Positions 10,849 through 21,291 of a DNA stretch of 51,188 bases are shown in pieces. The DNA is from Azolla caroliniana (taxonomy: Eukaryota > Plantae > Polypodiophyta), in NCBI GenBank assembly GCA_043228905.1, contig JBHGNT010000216.1, positions 1 through 51,188 on the forward strand. Reading direction: 5' to 3'. The notes below the pieces were generated by a model that saw only the letters and a program-made list of their open reading frames with translations, was not told where the DNA came from and did no database searches. The position numbers and the translations under genes are program-made. Numbering within the stretch: the first letter of the stretch is position 1; every line of letters begins with the position of its first letter.

Positions 10849-11944
10849 ATGTTGCGAAGTTTTGCGTGCGTGTGTCGCTCGAACGAGACCGCCGGGGCCG
10901 TGGACCGGGGAGACAAAAGTGGTGAGGAAGTGGGAGATTAAGGCAAAGACATGGGGAAAATATAGATAATTTTTTATATAGATTAGGGTTTTTGTTTTTA
11001 TTATTTACAATTGTTAGGCTTGACACCATGATTTTGGTGGTTATTACAATAATCAGTTATAAATCAACCAAAGGGGCTAAAATAAATCGGCAAAGGTGAG
11101 TCTAGTGGGCTCCGAGTCGACTACTTTCGACGGCTATGTTGCCTCGATTCAAAGTAGCCCTTGTGCCACTACAACCTCCCTTCCGCAACTGCCCATCGAG
11201 TTGGCTACCACCGAGATGCCGAAGAAGCCATTGTGGAAGGAATCCAAGCCCTAAACTCTCTTGAGTATGAAGTAGAATAGAATCTAAACTCATAAACCCT
11301 AAAAACCTAAGTCCTCTAGTATGTTGAGGAGAAAAGAAGAAGCTCTTAAACCCTAACCCTAGAAGGAAAAGAAGAAAGAGAAAGGGGGGCTACCAAGCCC
11401 TAACCCAAGAAGGAAAGGAGAAGAAGATGAAAACCTAGTGGTACACCCCTAAGGCAAAATGGGCGACCCATAATAAGCCCTATCCCTCCTCTCTTATAGA
11501 GGAAAGAGGAGCTTATTTTAACATTACCTGCTCTTTTTTGTTTTATTTTCCTTTCACAAAATTGGAAGGGAGCAAAACACTCCTTAATTTGTAGGAAGAG
11601 AGACTTGAACTCTACACCTCTCTACGTATACTTATACACCTTAACCACTAAGCTACTACAAGTTACTTGTTACTTTTATTTTTATTTTATGTATGATTTC
11701 ATGAGATGTGTGTGGAACCTTGCTTTTTCGCACACTCCACACACCACACAACGACATCCACCCCCACCAAACTGCACATCCTCTGGCATGTGCCAAAGAA
11801 AAAAGTGATGTGGCGGGGCCAAAGGTTGTGAACATTTGTTTTTCTTCTTCTTCGTTGCACCTTGCCCTCGTGAAATCCACCATTGTCTTCGACATCATCT
11901 CCACAAAACCTTCTTCGTCCGTCTTTGTCCTCCCCTACCGCTCT

Positions 11945-11962
11945 TTCATGTCGGGTTAACCA
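11945..11962 (-). promoter_or_regulatory. Second tRNA-Trp PBS
   Basis: TTCATGTCGGGTTAACCA (16/18), 3 nt from the LTR end at 11966. Confidence 0.75.
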
Positions 11963-11965
11963 ACT

Positions 11966-12741
11966 TGTCGTGCCTTTCGGCGCCGGATCGTTGTGTGAGT
12001 CGGGTGGGAACCGTTGAGGTTTTGGGCTAGGAAGAGGAGAGTTTTAAGGCTAATAAGAATATGAATAGATTATAAGAAAGAGATATAGAAAACTTGTGAA
12101 TCCCACAAGTATAATGAATTTTATTAATCAATATATAGATAAGAATATGAATTTGGATTGAAAGAGAAAGATATAAAAACCTCGTGAATCCCATGAGTAT
12201 AGTTTATTTCGTGAATCCCACGAATACAATTTATTAATTGGTGTTTTTTTTAGGAATATATCCAATTTCCAAAGTTTTCACACACTTATTACATTGTGCT
12301 CCCCATCCTTATATAGTGATGAGAGACTCTTAGCAATCCATGCTTTTTCTCTAACTATAGACTATATGCTTTCTCTAACATGCTTCTTCTAAAAGTGATC
12401 ACGCTTTTTCTAACCTCATGCGTTTTTATCGACTATAGTGTTCGTGCACGCTAGATGTGCATGTGTAACTTTTTTTATTATCATGCGTTTTTCTTCTAAC
12501 TAAAGCTTTTTCCTAGAAAACATGTGTGGAAAAAACCTTTCTATGTGGGACATTTGCTTTTCTAACACTTATCATGTGTTCGTGTAATGGTAAGGATTTA
12601 CATTATTAATATGGAGGTACAAGGTTTGAATCTTGCCCTATGCATGTAACATATATTTTGATATTTCTTTCTTTTTCTTCATATTTATTCAATCGGTTAT
12701 TTTATACGATTTTCACATAGTGTACGAAATACACTACGACA
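11966..12741 (-). repeat. Element B 5' LTR (776 bp)
   Basis: TGTCGT/ACGACA termini; the reverse complement matches 38896ff, 39227ff and 50280-50347. Confidence 0.85.
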
Positions 12742-13268
12742 CCAGAAATCGCATAGAAGAGTTAGAGCCCGTTAATATTGTCCTAAATAATTTAGCATGT
12801 GTAGTATCCTTTAATATAATTAGTATCCCATTGTTTTGGGATTACCATGGTTCGAATTACATAACCCAAACATAGATTGGAGAACAAGAGAAATACGGTA
12901 TCAACAAACCTGAGGATCTACTCATAAGATTGCAACCATTTTGCTACATCAGTTGTGTGAGGAAGGACGCAAGGGAGAAATGTTTCTCTTCGCAATATCA
13001 ATAAAACCCTCCAACACCACTAAAGAGGAGTCCATCGTTCAACTTCTAGAGAAGTATCATCATTATGCCGATGTGTTCAATAAAGTACAAGGTAATACAC
13101 TTCCTCACCACCGACCGTATGATTGCCCCGTTGATTTACAATCGGGAAAAGAGCCACCATGGGGACCGATCTACAATTTGTCACCAACTGAGCTAGAAGT
13201 CCTTCGAGCCTATATAGAGGAGAATTTGGCAAAAGCTTTCATTGAACATTCGAAATCTCCAGCCCCCG
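12742..13268 (+). pseudogene. pol: Element A pol segment 2 (protease C-part to RT start)
   Basis: LPHHRPYDC and EPPWGPIYNLSPTEL motifs as in G/H Pol. Confidence 0.9.
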
Positions 13269-13576
13269 TGTTGAAGACAAGGCCGTCAATGCGGAAGATC
13301 AAGTAGCATTCGATTGGGGTTGAGTACCTGCGTATGACAGAATCGAAGATCGTGCACAGAGATAGAGAGAGAGAGAGAGAGAGAGAGGAGGCACAAAAGA
13401 CTCTTTCTATTCAATAGAAACAATAATACAACCAACCTTACAAAAAGGTTACTAGGTCACTTTATATAGTGACAAACTTAGGGCAACTACCATTTATGCT
13501 AATTACACAAATGGCCCAAACTTGAGCTATACAAAGGGATAGTGTGAATACGTCCATTATACACTTGTATTCGACA
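13269..13576 (-). repeat. Copia D 3' LTR
   Basis: TG...CA direct repeat. Confidence 0.96.
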
Positions 13577-13769
13577 CTCCCCCGTAATGGGCGTATACAT
13601 GGGTTATCTAAGATTACAGGTATAAACCTAGGTTCTCGGACATATCAGTTTTGTTCGAGTCGGCAGGGTCCGAAGGCAGAAGGCCGGACTGGTCGGGTTG
13701 GAAGAGTTGAAGCCGATCATTAAGGAACTGATGTCGGTTGTCTGAAACCATCCTGCGCTGTGTCCGGCT

Positions 13770-15083
13770 CTAACCGGACTGGTTTGTCGTTACGCCCATC
13801 TGATGCCGAAGGGACCGAAAGCGGTCTGCCGAAAGACACTTGGTCATTCCATCTGCGACATTGTCGGTTGTGGATATTTTCTCTAGACCGATTTTCCCTG
13901 AAATGACGCAGTCCCGAACGAAGTGATATCGAACGTCGATATGGTTGGAGGCGTTGTGGTGAACCGGATTTTTCGACAAGGCAACAACACCTTGACTGTC
14001 GCTATAGACAACTGGGGCCGAGTCATGGTCGACTTGTCGAAACGTGTGCGCCAGCCGGCCGAGCCACAAAGCTTCTTTTGCAGCGTCGGACGCAGCTACA
14101 TATTCTGCTTCGGTCGTTGAGGTTGCTGTGCACTCCTGAAGTTTCGACTTCCACGAAATTGCTCCATTGCCGAATTTGAAGCAGTATCCAGTTGTTGATT
14201 TCCGACTGTCTATACAGCCGGCGAAGTCCGAGTCGGTGTAACCGACTACGCCTGAGGTTGAGTTCGGACCGAAAAGAATGTCGTGGTCTTTTGTGCCAGC
14301 CAGATATTTGATCACATGCTTGACTGCGTTCCAATGCGATCGGCCAGGATTGTGCATAAATCTGCTAACGACTCCTACGGCATGAGAAATATCAGGTCGT
14401 GTCGCGACCATCAGGTACATAAGGGAGCCGACTGCCGGTGCATACGGTACCGACTTCATATCTTCCCCCTCCGGACCGGATGTCGGGCAGTCTCGCTGAG
14501 AGAGCCGAAGATTCATGGGGAGCGGGGTTGAAGCAGATTTGGCTGATTGCATGTTGAAGCGTTCCAAGACACGTCCGATATAGTCGGTCTGAGACAAAAA
14601 AAGATGTCGTTTATCGCGATGCCGACTAATCTTCATGCCAAGTATGTGTCGTGCCGGACCGAGGTCCTTCATGGCAAACTTCAACCGCAATTGCCGAATG
14701 AGATCGGCAAGTTCGCCTGCGTGGCGTCCAGAAATTAGCATGTCGTCCACGTAAATGATGAGGAAGATGGGTGATCCATCTTGAGCTGTGTTGGTAAAAA
14801 GACAATGGTCCTGATCGCTTTTTGAGAAGCCGATCGATTGGATGAAGTCGTCGAACTTCTTGTACCATTGTCGCGGTGCCTGTTTGAGGCCGTATAGACT
14901 CTTCCTGAGTCGGCAGACTAGATGTTCTTGGCCAGTTGCCACGAAGCCTTTTGGCTGCTCCATATAAATTTCCTCTTCAAGATCACCATGGAGGAAGGCT
15001 GTTTTGACATCTAGCTGAATCAGCTCCAAGTTGTCGGCTGCCACTACGCCGAGTAGAAAACGAAGGGTTGTCATTTTCACCAC
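13770..15083 (-). CDS. pol: Copia D RT-RNase H
   Basis: QLDVKTAFLHG, LYGLKQAPRQW, IIYVDD and STTEAEY; in frame with the upstream ORF across a TGA at 15123-15125. Confidence 0.93.
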   Translation of the reverse strand: MVKMTTLRFLLGVVAADNLELIQLDVKTAFLHGDLEEEIYMEQPKGFVATGQEHLVCRLRKSLYGLKQAPRQWYKKFDDFIQSIGFSKSDQDHCLFTNTAQDGSPIFLIIYVDDMLISGRHAGELADLIRQLRLKFAMKDLGPARHILGMKISRHRDKRHLFLSQTDYIGRVLERFNMQSAKSASTPLPMNLRLSQRDCPTSGPEGEDMKSVPYAPAVGSLMYLMVATRPDISHAVGVVSRFMHNPGRSHWNAVKHVIKYLAGTKDHDILFGPNSTSGVVGYTDSDFAGCIDSRKSTTGYCFKFGNGAISWKSKLQECTATSTTEAEYVAASDAAKEALWLGRLAHTFRQVDHDSAPVVYSDSQGVVALSKNPVHHNASNHIDVRYHFVRDCVISGKIGLEKISTTDNVADGMTKCLSADRFRSLRHQMGVTTNQSG

Positions 15084-15122
15084 TGGTGAAAAAATCTCGT
15101 CGAAGTCGACGCCATATTCTTG

Positions 15123-17801
15123 TCAGAAGCCCTTCGCAACTAATCTGGCCTTGTACTTTGGGGTGGTCGAATCAGACGTCTCTTTTAGTCGATAAACCCA
15201 CTTGCAAGGAAGAGCACGTCGATTCTTAGGTAATTCGACCAGATCCCAAGTCTTGTTTGCCCGAATGGAGTGCATTTCCGACTCCATCGCCAGATGCCAG
15301 GTGGCTGAATCGACAGATGTCGATGCTTCTTCGTAAGACGTCGGTTCGCCGGCGTCGGTGAAGAAAATTCCAGGAGAATACCTCTCCGGAGGTTGCGACA
15401 GTCTCTCGGATCGTCGAGGTATGATTGGACTGGTCGTATCGGGTATCGAGGTCGGATGGTCCGAAAGCGAATTATTCTGCTGTGCCGAGTCAGAGTTGTC
15501 CGAGTCGGTAGTGTAAGGTTCAGCTACCCGTGAAGCTGACCGTGTGTTAAGAGCGGGGCCTTCTTGAAGGGTCGGCACATCGGAAAATGTTACCCTTCGG
15601 ACTTCGATCGGTGTTTCGACTGATGGATTCATAGCCGACTCGTTGAACACAACGTCCGAACTTCGAACGATTTGTCTGCGTTCGGGGTCCCAGAGTCGGT
15701 ATCCCATTTCGCCGTCTGATCCATATCCAAGGAAAATGCATTTCCTGGACCGAGGTGCAAGTTTTCGGCGATCATCTTTCGGAATAAGGGCGTACGCCTC
15801 GCATCCGAAGATCCTCAGCTTGTCGTAATTCGGCTTACTGCCGATCCATAGTTCCTGAGGAATTTGAAGTCCTAGAGGTCTGCTTGGCGACATATTGATT
15901 ATGTGTACTGCCGTGAGTAGAGCCTCTGCCCAGAAGCCATCCGACAGTCCGGAGTGTTGGAGCATGGAAACTATCCGTTCTTGGATTGTCCGATTCATGC
16001 GTTCTGCAATCCCGTTTTGCTCCGGACTGTGTGGTGCCGTAAATTCACGTCGGATGCCGCGTTGTCGGCAGAATTTGACGAATTCTTCTGGTTTGAACTC
16101 TCCCCCATTGTCGGTCCGAAAGCATTTCAGTTTTCGGTCAGTTTGATTTTCTACCATAGCGAGCCAATCGGAGAAGATCGAGAAGACACGATCTTTGGTG
16201 CGAATTGGATAAGCCCACACCTTTCGAGTCGAATCGTCAATAAAACTGACGAAGTAAGAGGCACCGCCGAGAGACTGATGCGGCATTGGGCCACAGACGT
16301 CCGAGTGGACTAAATCGAGAGGTCTCGTTTCTCTTGGTGCTGATGTCGGGTGTGATGCGGCTGCTTGTTTGCCATACTGGCAATGTTCGCAGAATTGATG
16401 GTCCGAGAAGGAGAGTTTAGGGATGTATCCGGCTCTAGATAGGTGCGTAATGCCGGCCTTGCTGAGGTGTCCTAATCTTCTGTGCCCTAGTGATGACACA
16501 GGAATATCCACCAAAAACAGGTTACCCTCTCTGAGCGTAACATGTAACGGATACAATGAGTGTATCTTGGGTCCTCTAGCAAGCAGGAGGTTCCCCCTGT
16601 GGAGTGTCCACCCTCCCGAAGAAAAACCGGCACGAATGCCGTCTTCATCTAGTTGTCCGACTGAGATCAATGGCCTTGAGAGCTCGGGTACATGTCGGAC
16701 ATTGTGAAGTACAAGTGTAGAGCCACCTGCAAGGTTGAGCTCTACTGTGCCGATTCCAATGATGTCACAGTGTTGCGAGTTGCCGACTCGAACTGAGTCG
16801 GAGTGACGGATCGTATATTGCCGAAATTGGGATCGATGAGGAGTCACGTGAAATGACGCGCCCGAATCTAAGAGCCATGTGCTCGATTCTTCAGTCGTGA
16901 GCAGAACTTCTAATCCGACTGGATTTTCGATTGATAGTATATTCGGGTCGTTTGGTAGCACATCAACTGAGAAGCTGACGTAATTCATCTCCTCATGCCG
17001 GCCACTCTTCTTGTCTGATTTCTGAGACTTGTCATTCTTGTTCTTGAGTGCGCGACAGTCGGCTTTGATGTGTCCGGGTTTCTTGCAATAGTTGCAGATT
17101 CGATTATCCCGTGACTGGCTCCGTCTTCGCTGATTGTTCGGCTGCCGTGAGGAATCTCTTCCTCGTATGTTCGATCGGTCTGTCGAACCTTGTACTACAT
17201 AAGCGTCGTCTGTTGAGTCTTTGGCGAAAGACTTTCTCCGAGCTGCTTCGGTCAGGATTGCGCTCGTGACTTCGGAGTATTTAACAGCCGTGGTTGACGC
17301 GTTGCACACGGTTGTGACGAAAGTTTCCCATGATGAGGGAAGGCTGCTCATGAGTATCATTGCTCTGAGTTCATCCTCGATTGCCGTCCCCTGAGATGAG
17401 ATTTGGGAGCTTATGCTTTCGTACTCATTGAGATGTGCTTGAACCGAATCTGATTCTTTCATCCGCAAGTTGTAGAGGCGCCGGATCAGAAACATCTTCG
17501 TTGCAGCGACCTTCTTTTCGTAGGTGTCCGACAGTGTTTTCCACAGTTCGAATGCTGTCGTACATGATTGCACCGTAAAGTATACCGATTCCGATAGGTG
17601 CATCCGAATCGTGGCGCGGACGATTCTGTCCAGCTTCTGCCACTCAATTGGTTTGTATCCTTCTGGAGGTGTTTCATTTTCGATGGGATCGATTTGCCCC
17701 TTGACTATGAGATAGTCCTGCATTTGCTCCTTCCAGAAGTTGAAGTTCGATCCATCGAACTTTCGTAGACTCATTTCTGACGAGCCGGATGTTGATGTCA
17801 T
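15123..17801 (-). CDS. gag-pol: Copia D Gag-protease-integrase polyprotein (truncated by TGA)
   Basis: KFDGSNF, CNYCKKPGHIKADC, WLLDSGASFH, VHSDVCGP and EQNGIAERMNRT motifs. Confidence 0.94.
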   Translation of the reverse strand: MTSTSGSSEMSLRKFDGSNFNFWKEQMQDYLIVKGQIDPIENETPPEGYKPIEWQKLDRIVRATIRMHLSESVYFTVQSCTTAFELWKTLSDTYEKKVAATKMFLIRRLYNLRMKESDSVQAHLNEYESISSQISSQGTAIEDELRAMILMSSLPSSWETFVTTVCNASTTAVKYSEVTSAILTEAARRKSFAKDSTDDAYVVQGSTDRSNIRGRDSSRQPNNQRRRSQSRDNRICNYCKKPGHIKADCRALKNKNDKSQKSDKKSGRHEEMNYVSFSVDVLPNDPNILSIENPVGLEVLLTTEESSTWLLDSGASFHVTPHRSQFRQYTIRHSDSVRVGNSQHCDIIGIGTVELNLAGGSTLVLHNVRHVPELSRPLISVGQLDEDGIRAGFSSGGWTLHRGNLLLARGPKIHSLYPLHVTLREGNLFLVDIPVSSLGHRRLGHLSKAGITHLSRAGYIPKLSFSDHQFCEHCQYGKQAAASHPTSAPRETRPLDLVHSDVCGPMPHQSLGGASYFVSFIDDSTRKVWAYPIRTKDRVFSIFSDWLAMVENQTDRKLKCFRTDNGGEFKPEEFVKFCRQRGIRREFTAPHSPEQNGIAERMNRTIQERIVSMLQHSGLSDGFWAEALLTAVHIINMSPSRPLGLQIPQELWIGSKPNYDKLRIFGCEAYALIPKDDRRKLAPRSRKCIFLGYGSDGEMGYRLWDPERRQIVRSSDVVFNESAMNPSVETPIEVRRVTFSDVPTLQEGPALNTRSASRVAEPYTTDSDNSDSAQQNNSLSDHPTSIPDTTSPIIPRRSERLSQPPERYSPGIFFTDAGEPTSYEEASTSVDSATWHLAMESEMHSIRANKTWDLVELPKNRRALPCKWVYRLKETSDSTTPKYKARLVAKGF

Positions 17802-18362
17802 GACTCTGCCCTAAGTCGGCTACGAACTTTGGTGAAGTGCAGCGGTTTGGCCCACTCAGTGTCGTTCTAGCCGAAGTTGGACACAAGTGATGTTGATTAC
17901 GGAGAATCGGGAATCTGGTTCGGATTGACTACCGACAACTGTCTTAGTCGAGTTGAACCTAGATTTAACGATCCGACAGTACTTCAAGCCGATTCGGTTT
18001 CGGTTGACTGCAACGGTGAGAGCAATGGAACCGACTGGTCCTTCCGATTATTGTCCAATCGAATGAAACACGAACTGGGGTTGTCCTTGAAGTCGTCGTT
18101 GTGCAGGAAGCCCACCTCAAGCAGTTACGATCAAGGAAGTAGAGTACAGCCGACTGGCTTACTCCGAGTGATGATCTAACGCAGCGAGATTCAAGCTTGT
18201 GTTTGCCTACTTTCTTCTCTGTTTCTTCGAATGACGTAGGAAACCGAATGCTTTGCAGACTAGGATGAAGCGAAAGGCCGAATACTGTGCAGGCTGTGAT
18301 GACGCGAAGAACCGAATGCTGTGCAGGCTGAGACGACGGCCGACAGCGGTTTGAGGGACCTA

Positions 18363-18374
18363 GCTCTGATACCA
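18363..18374 (-). promoter_or_regulatory. Copia D PBS (tRNA-iMet)
   Basis: TGGTATCAGAGC, 2 nt from the LTR. Confidence 0.93.
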
Positions 18375-18376
18375 AA

Positions 18377-18678
18377 TGTTGAAGACAAGGCCGTCAATGC
18401 GGAAGATCAAGTAGCATTCGATTGGGGTTGAGTACCTGCGTATGACAGAATCGAAGATCGTGCACAGAGATAGAGAGAGAGAGAGAGAGGAGGCACAAAA
18501 GACTCTTTCTATTCAATAGAAACAATAATACAACCAACCTTACAAAAAGGTTACTAGGTCACTTTATATAGTGACAAACTTAGGGCAACTACCATTTATG
18601 CTAATTACACAAATGGCCCAAACTTGAGCTATACAAAGGGATAGTGTGAATACGTCCATTATACACTTGTATTCGACA
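18377..18678 (-). repeat. Copia D 5' LTR
   Basis: Direct repeat of 13269-13576. Confidence 0.96.
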
Positions 18679-20330
18679 CCCCGGCACACCCATTTTCTTC
18701 GTCAAGAAAAAGGATGGATCACTTCGTCTTGTCATAGATTACCGTGGCTTGAATAAGGTCACCATCAGGAATAGGTATGCATTTCCCCTTAATATCTCAA
18801 GTCTTTTAGAACGGATCAATAGTGCAAGGTTCTTCACAAAGATCGACTTATGAGGATCATATAACCTCGTACGGATCTGACCAAGAGATGAATGGAAGAC
18901 TGCGTTTCGCCCCAGATATGGGCACTTCGAGTATATGGTCATGCCATTCGGGCTCACTAATGCGCCAACAGTCTTCCAGCACATGGCAAATGATATATTC
19001 CAAGATCTCTTGGATGTTTGTTTGATCATCTATTTGAATGATCTACTGGTTTATTCGAAGACCCAAGAAGAACGTGATTCTCATGTACTGTTAGTACTAA
19101 AACGACTTCGAGAACATGGTCTTTATGCAAAGCTGGAAAAATGTGGTTTCGAGTGCAATCAAGCAGAATTTTTGGGCTATGTCATTTCCTTGGAAGGCAT
19201 CTCCATGGATCCAGCTAAGGTCAAAACGGTGGTAGAGTGGTAGAGTTCGCGTTCGTTGCAAGATGTGCAATGCTTTTTAGGCTTTGCCAATTTCTACCGC
19301 AAGTTTATACAGGATTACTCAAAGCTTGATTTGCCTCTCACACAGCTTACTAAGAAGGGACACTCGTTCGTTTGGTCTGAAGAAGAAGACATGGATTTTG
19401 AGAGTCTTAAGAAGGCCTTTACATAAGCTCCTATTCTAGCTCATGTTGATCCAGAGAAAACATTCATCATCGAAGCAGATGCGTCGGATTTCGCCTTGGG
19501 TAGCATTCTGTCACAACAAGGCAATGATGAAAAGCTACATCTTGTGACTTTCCACTCACGCAAGTTTGATGCCACCGACATCAACTATGAAATTCATGAT
19601 AAGGAGCTATTAGCAATAGTGCACTCTTTTACGCAATGGAGGCATTTTCTAGAGGGATCTTCTCATCAGGTCAGCATATTCAGTGATCACAAAAACCTTG
19701 CCTACTTTCAGAATGGTTGTGTGTTAAATCGACGTCAAGCTCGGTGGGCCCAATTCCTCACTCATTTCAAATTCAAACTTACATATCGTCCGGGGAAAAA
19801 ACAAGGGAAGGAAGATGCATTATCATGACGCTCGTATCTAGCACCGCGTCGTAGCGAGCCAACTTTCGATAACCAAAAGCAAGTAATCTTAGGACCGACA
19901 CGATTGCAAGCAACGTAGGTCTTCGGTATGCCCTTGAATTCCTACGTTATCGATACCATACATGAGGACTTGAAGACAAATGCTTTCGCCCAAGCAATTC
20001 TAAGACAAATTGATCCCTCTCGAGCATCTTGTTCACAGTCGCAACAACCAGGTACGAACTATCGACAATTCGAATGTCATGATGGATTACTATTTTTTAA
20101 GAAACTCTTGTATGTTCCTAATGGTTCTTGTTGCCTTCCAGTAGTCCAAAACTATCATGACACATGTACAACTGGGCATTTTGGTAGTACTAAAACATTA
20201 GATTTAGTACAACGATCATTCTGGTGGCCCCATATGCAACAATTTGTCGAAGATTTTGTTCAGACTTGTGATACATGTTGCAGAGCAAAAATGCCAAGGC
20301 ATCATCCATATGGTATATTCGAGCCATTAC
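18679..20330 (+). pseudogene. pol: Element A pol segment 3 (RT, RNase H, integrase HHCC)
   Basis: MPFGLTNAP, YLND (decayed YLDD), NYEIHDKELLA and GHFG...CDTC motifs, with multiple stops. Confidence 0.92.
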
Positions 20331-20788
20331 TGTTACGGGCATGACCATATAATATCCCGTGGTGAGAATTTACCGTAGTTTTCTATACACGTGGATAAGT
20401 GTGAGGGTTAAACAAGAGTGTAAAGAAGGGGAAGATTACTTTTAATCCTCGGGATTGAGACAACCCATTAGGCCAAGTGTGAACTTGCTTGGGGGCCTTG
20501 GGTATCGCTATAAATAAGAGGCCTAACTACCCTCATTTGATTATCTGGTTGACAACGTCAAGACTCTATCTTCTGGTGGGTCAACTCTTGTAGCGAGCGC
20601 GCCAACACTAGGTACGACTCGACGCCATGGCGGTGGTATGGGACGCCGAATGAGGCTCAAGTCCGTCTCGATCCCTTCGCTCGGGGGGGGGTCGGGTGGA
20701 TTGGCACCCTTCTTTTTCTCTCTCCTTTCTATCTATCTATCTATATTCTATCCTTATTTAATGCTTACATTAGTCTATGTCTCTAACA
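20331..20788 (+). repeat. Element E 5' LTR
   Basis: TGTTA...TAACA; matches 26959-27268 and the reverse complement of 35316-35770. Confidence 0.93.
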
Positions 20789-21047
20789 GTTGGTAACAGA
20801 GCTCATTTTGTAATGTTTCTTTTGTTGTCTTTTGTGTTCTTGATTGATGGCGATCAATCTACGTGCGGTCGGCATTCATGCAGACAAGGATCAACAAAGG
20901 AACTTCGGTAATCTTTCTTGGTTTTTTTGGTCTATTTTTTCTTCTCCCATCTAATCATGTGTATGGTTAATATGCAATTTTTTTTCATTAATTCAATGAT
21001 GTTGTAGTGGTAATTCATTGGTTGTATAAAACGTTTACATATGTGTA

Positions 21048-21291
21048 TGAGGTCAAAACCTCATTTGACGTATATTGAATATGTGATGAGTGTCGTATGC
21101 GCACGAGGTTAATACCTCAATTGCGTATTACGTTCACAAACATATGTTACATTTGCGTATGAGGTCAATACGTCGATTCGTTGTAAATGATATGCGTTTG
21201 GTGTCGTATGCGTAACAGGTCAATACCTCAATTGCGTATTACGATCAACCCTTATTTTTGGATGTCTCGTGTGCGTAGAGGTATATGCCTC
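21048..21291. repeat. Array of five palindromic GAGGT-N4-ACCTC motifs, about 56-bp period, in the E leader
   Basis: Motif starts at 21049, 21105, 21161, 21216 and 21278. Confidence 0.7.

Larger units (their letters stand above)
2531..12741 (-). mobile_element. Element B: deleted/mosaic non-chromovirus Gypsy with tRNA-Trp PBS (gag only, no pol)
   Basis: TGTCGT...ACGACA ends. The host protease reading frame is restored if 4 bp are duplicated (cttg/ccag, degenerate). LTR 11966-12741 is homologous to the element I LTRs, and the gag fragments resemble element I gag. Confidence 0.65.
13269..18678 (-). mobile_element. Copia D: very young Tnt1/Tork-like Ty1/Copia with one premature stop
   Basis: LTRs 13269-13576 and 18377-18678 are identical except for (GA)n length; TSD CCCCG at 13264-13268 and 18679-18683; Met PBS 18363-18374; PPT 13577-13583. 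Confidence 0.97.

Noticed and set aside
12570-12650. Calling the LTR A/B-box modules real tRNA genes
   Set aside because: No convincing acceptor or anticodon stem can be formed, so they are reported only as tRNA-like promoter modules.
12742-12746. Right flank CCAGA equals the reverse complement of TCTGG found in the intact paralog (inverted TSD?)
   Set aside because: A degenerate 4-bp direct duplication restores the host frame, so this is probably coincidence.
21048-21291. CRISPR-like look of the palindromic repeat/spacer array
   Set aside because: Repeats are degenerate, linkers are related to each other, there are no cas genes, and the context is a eukaryotic retrotransposon leader.
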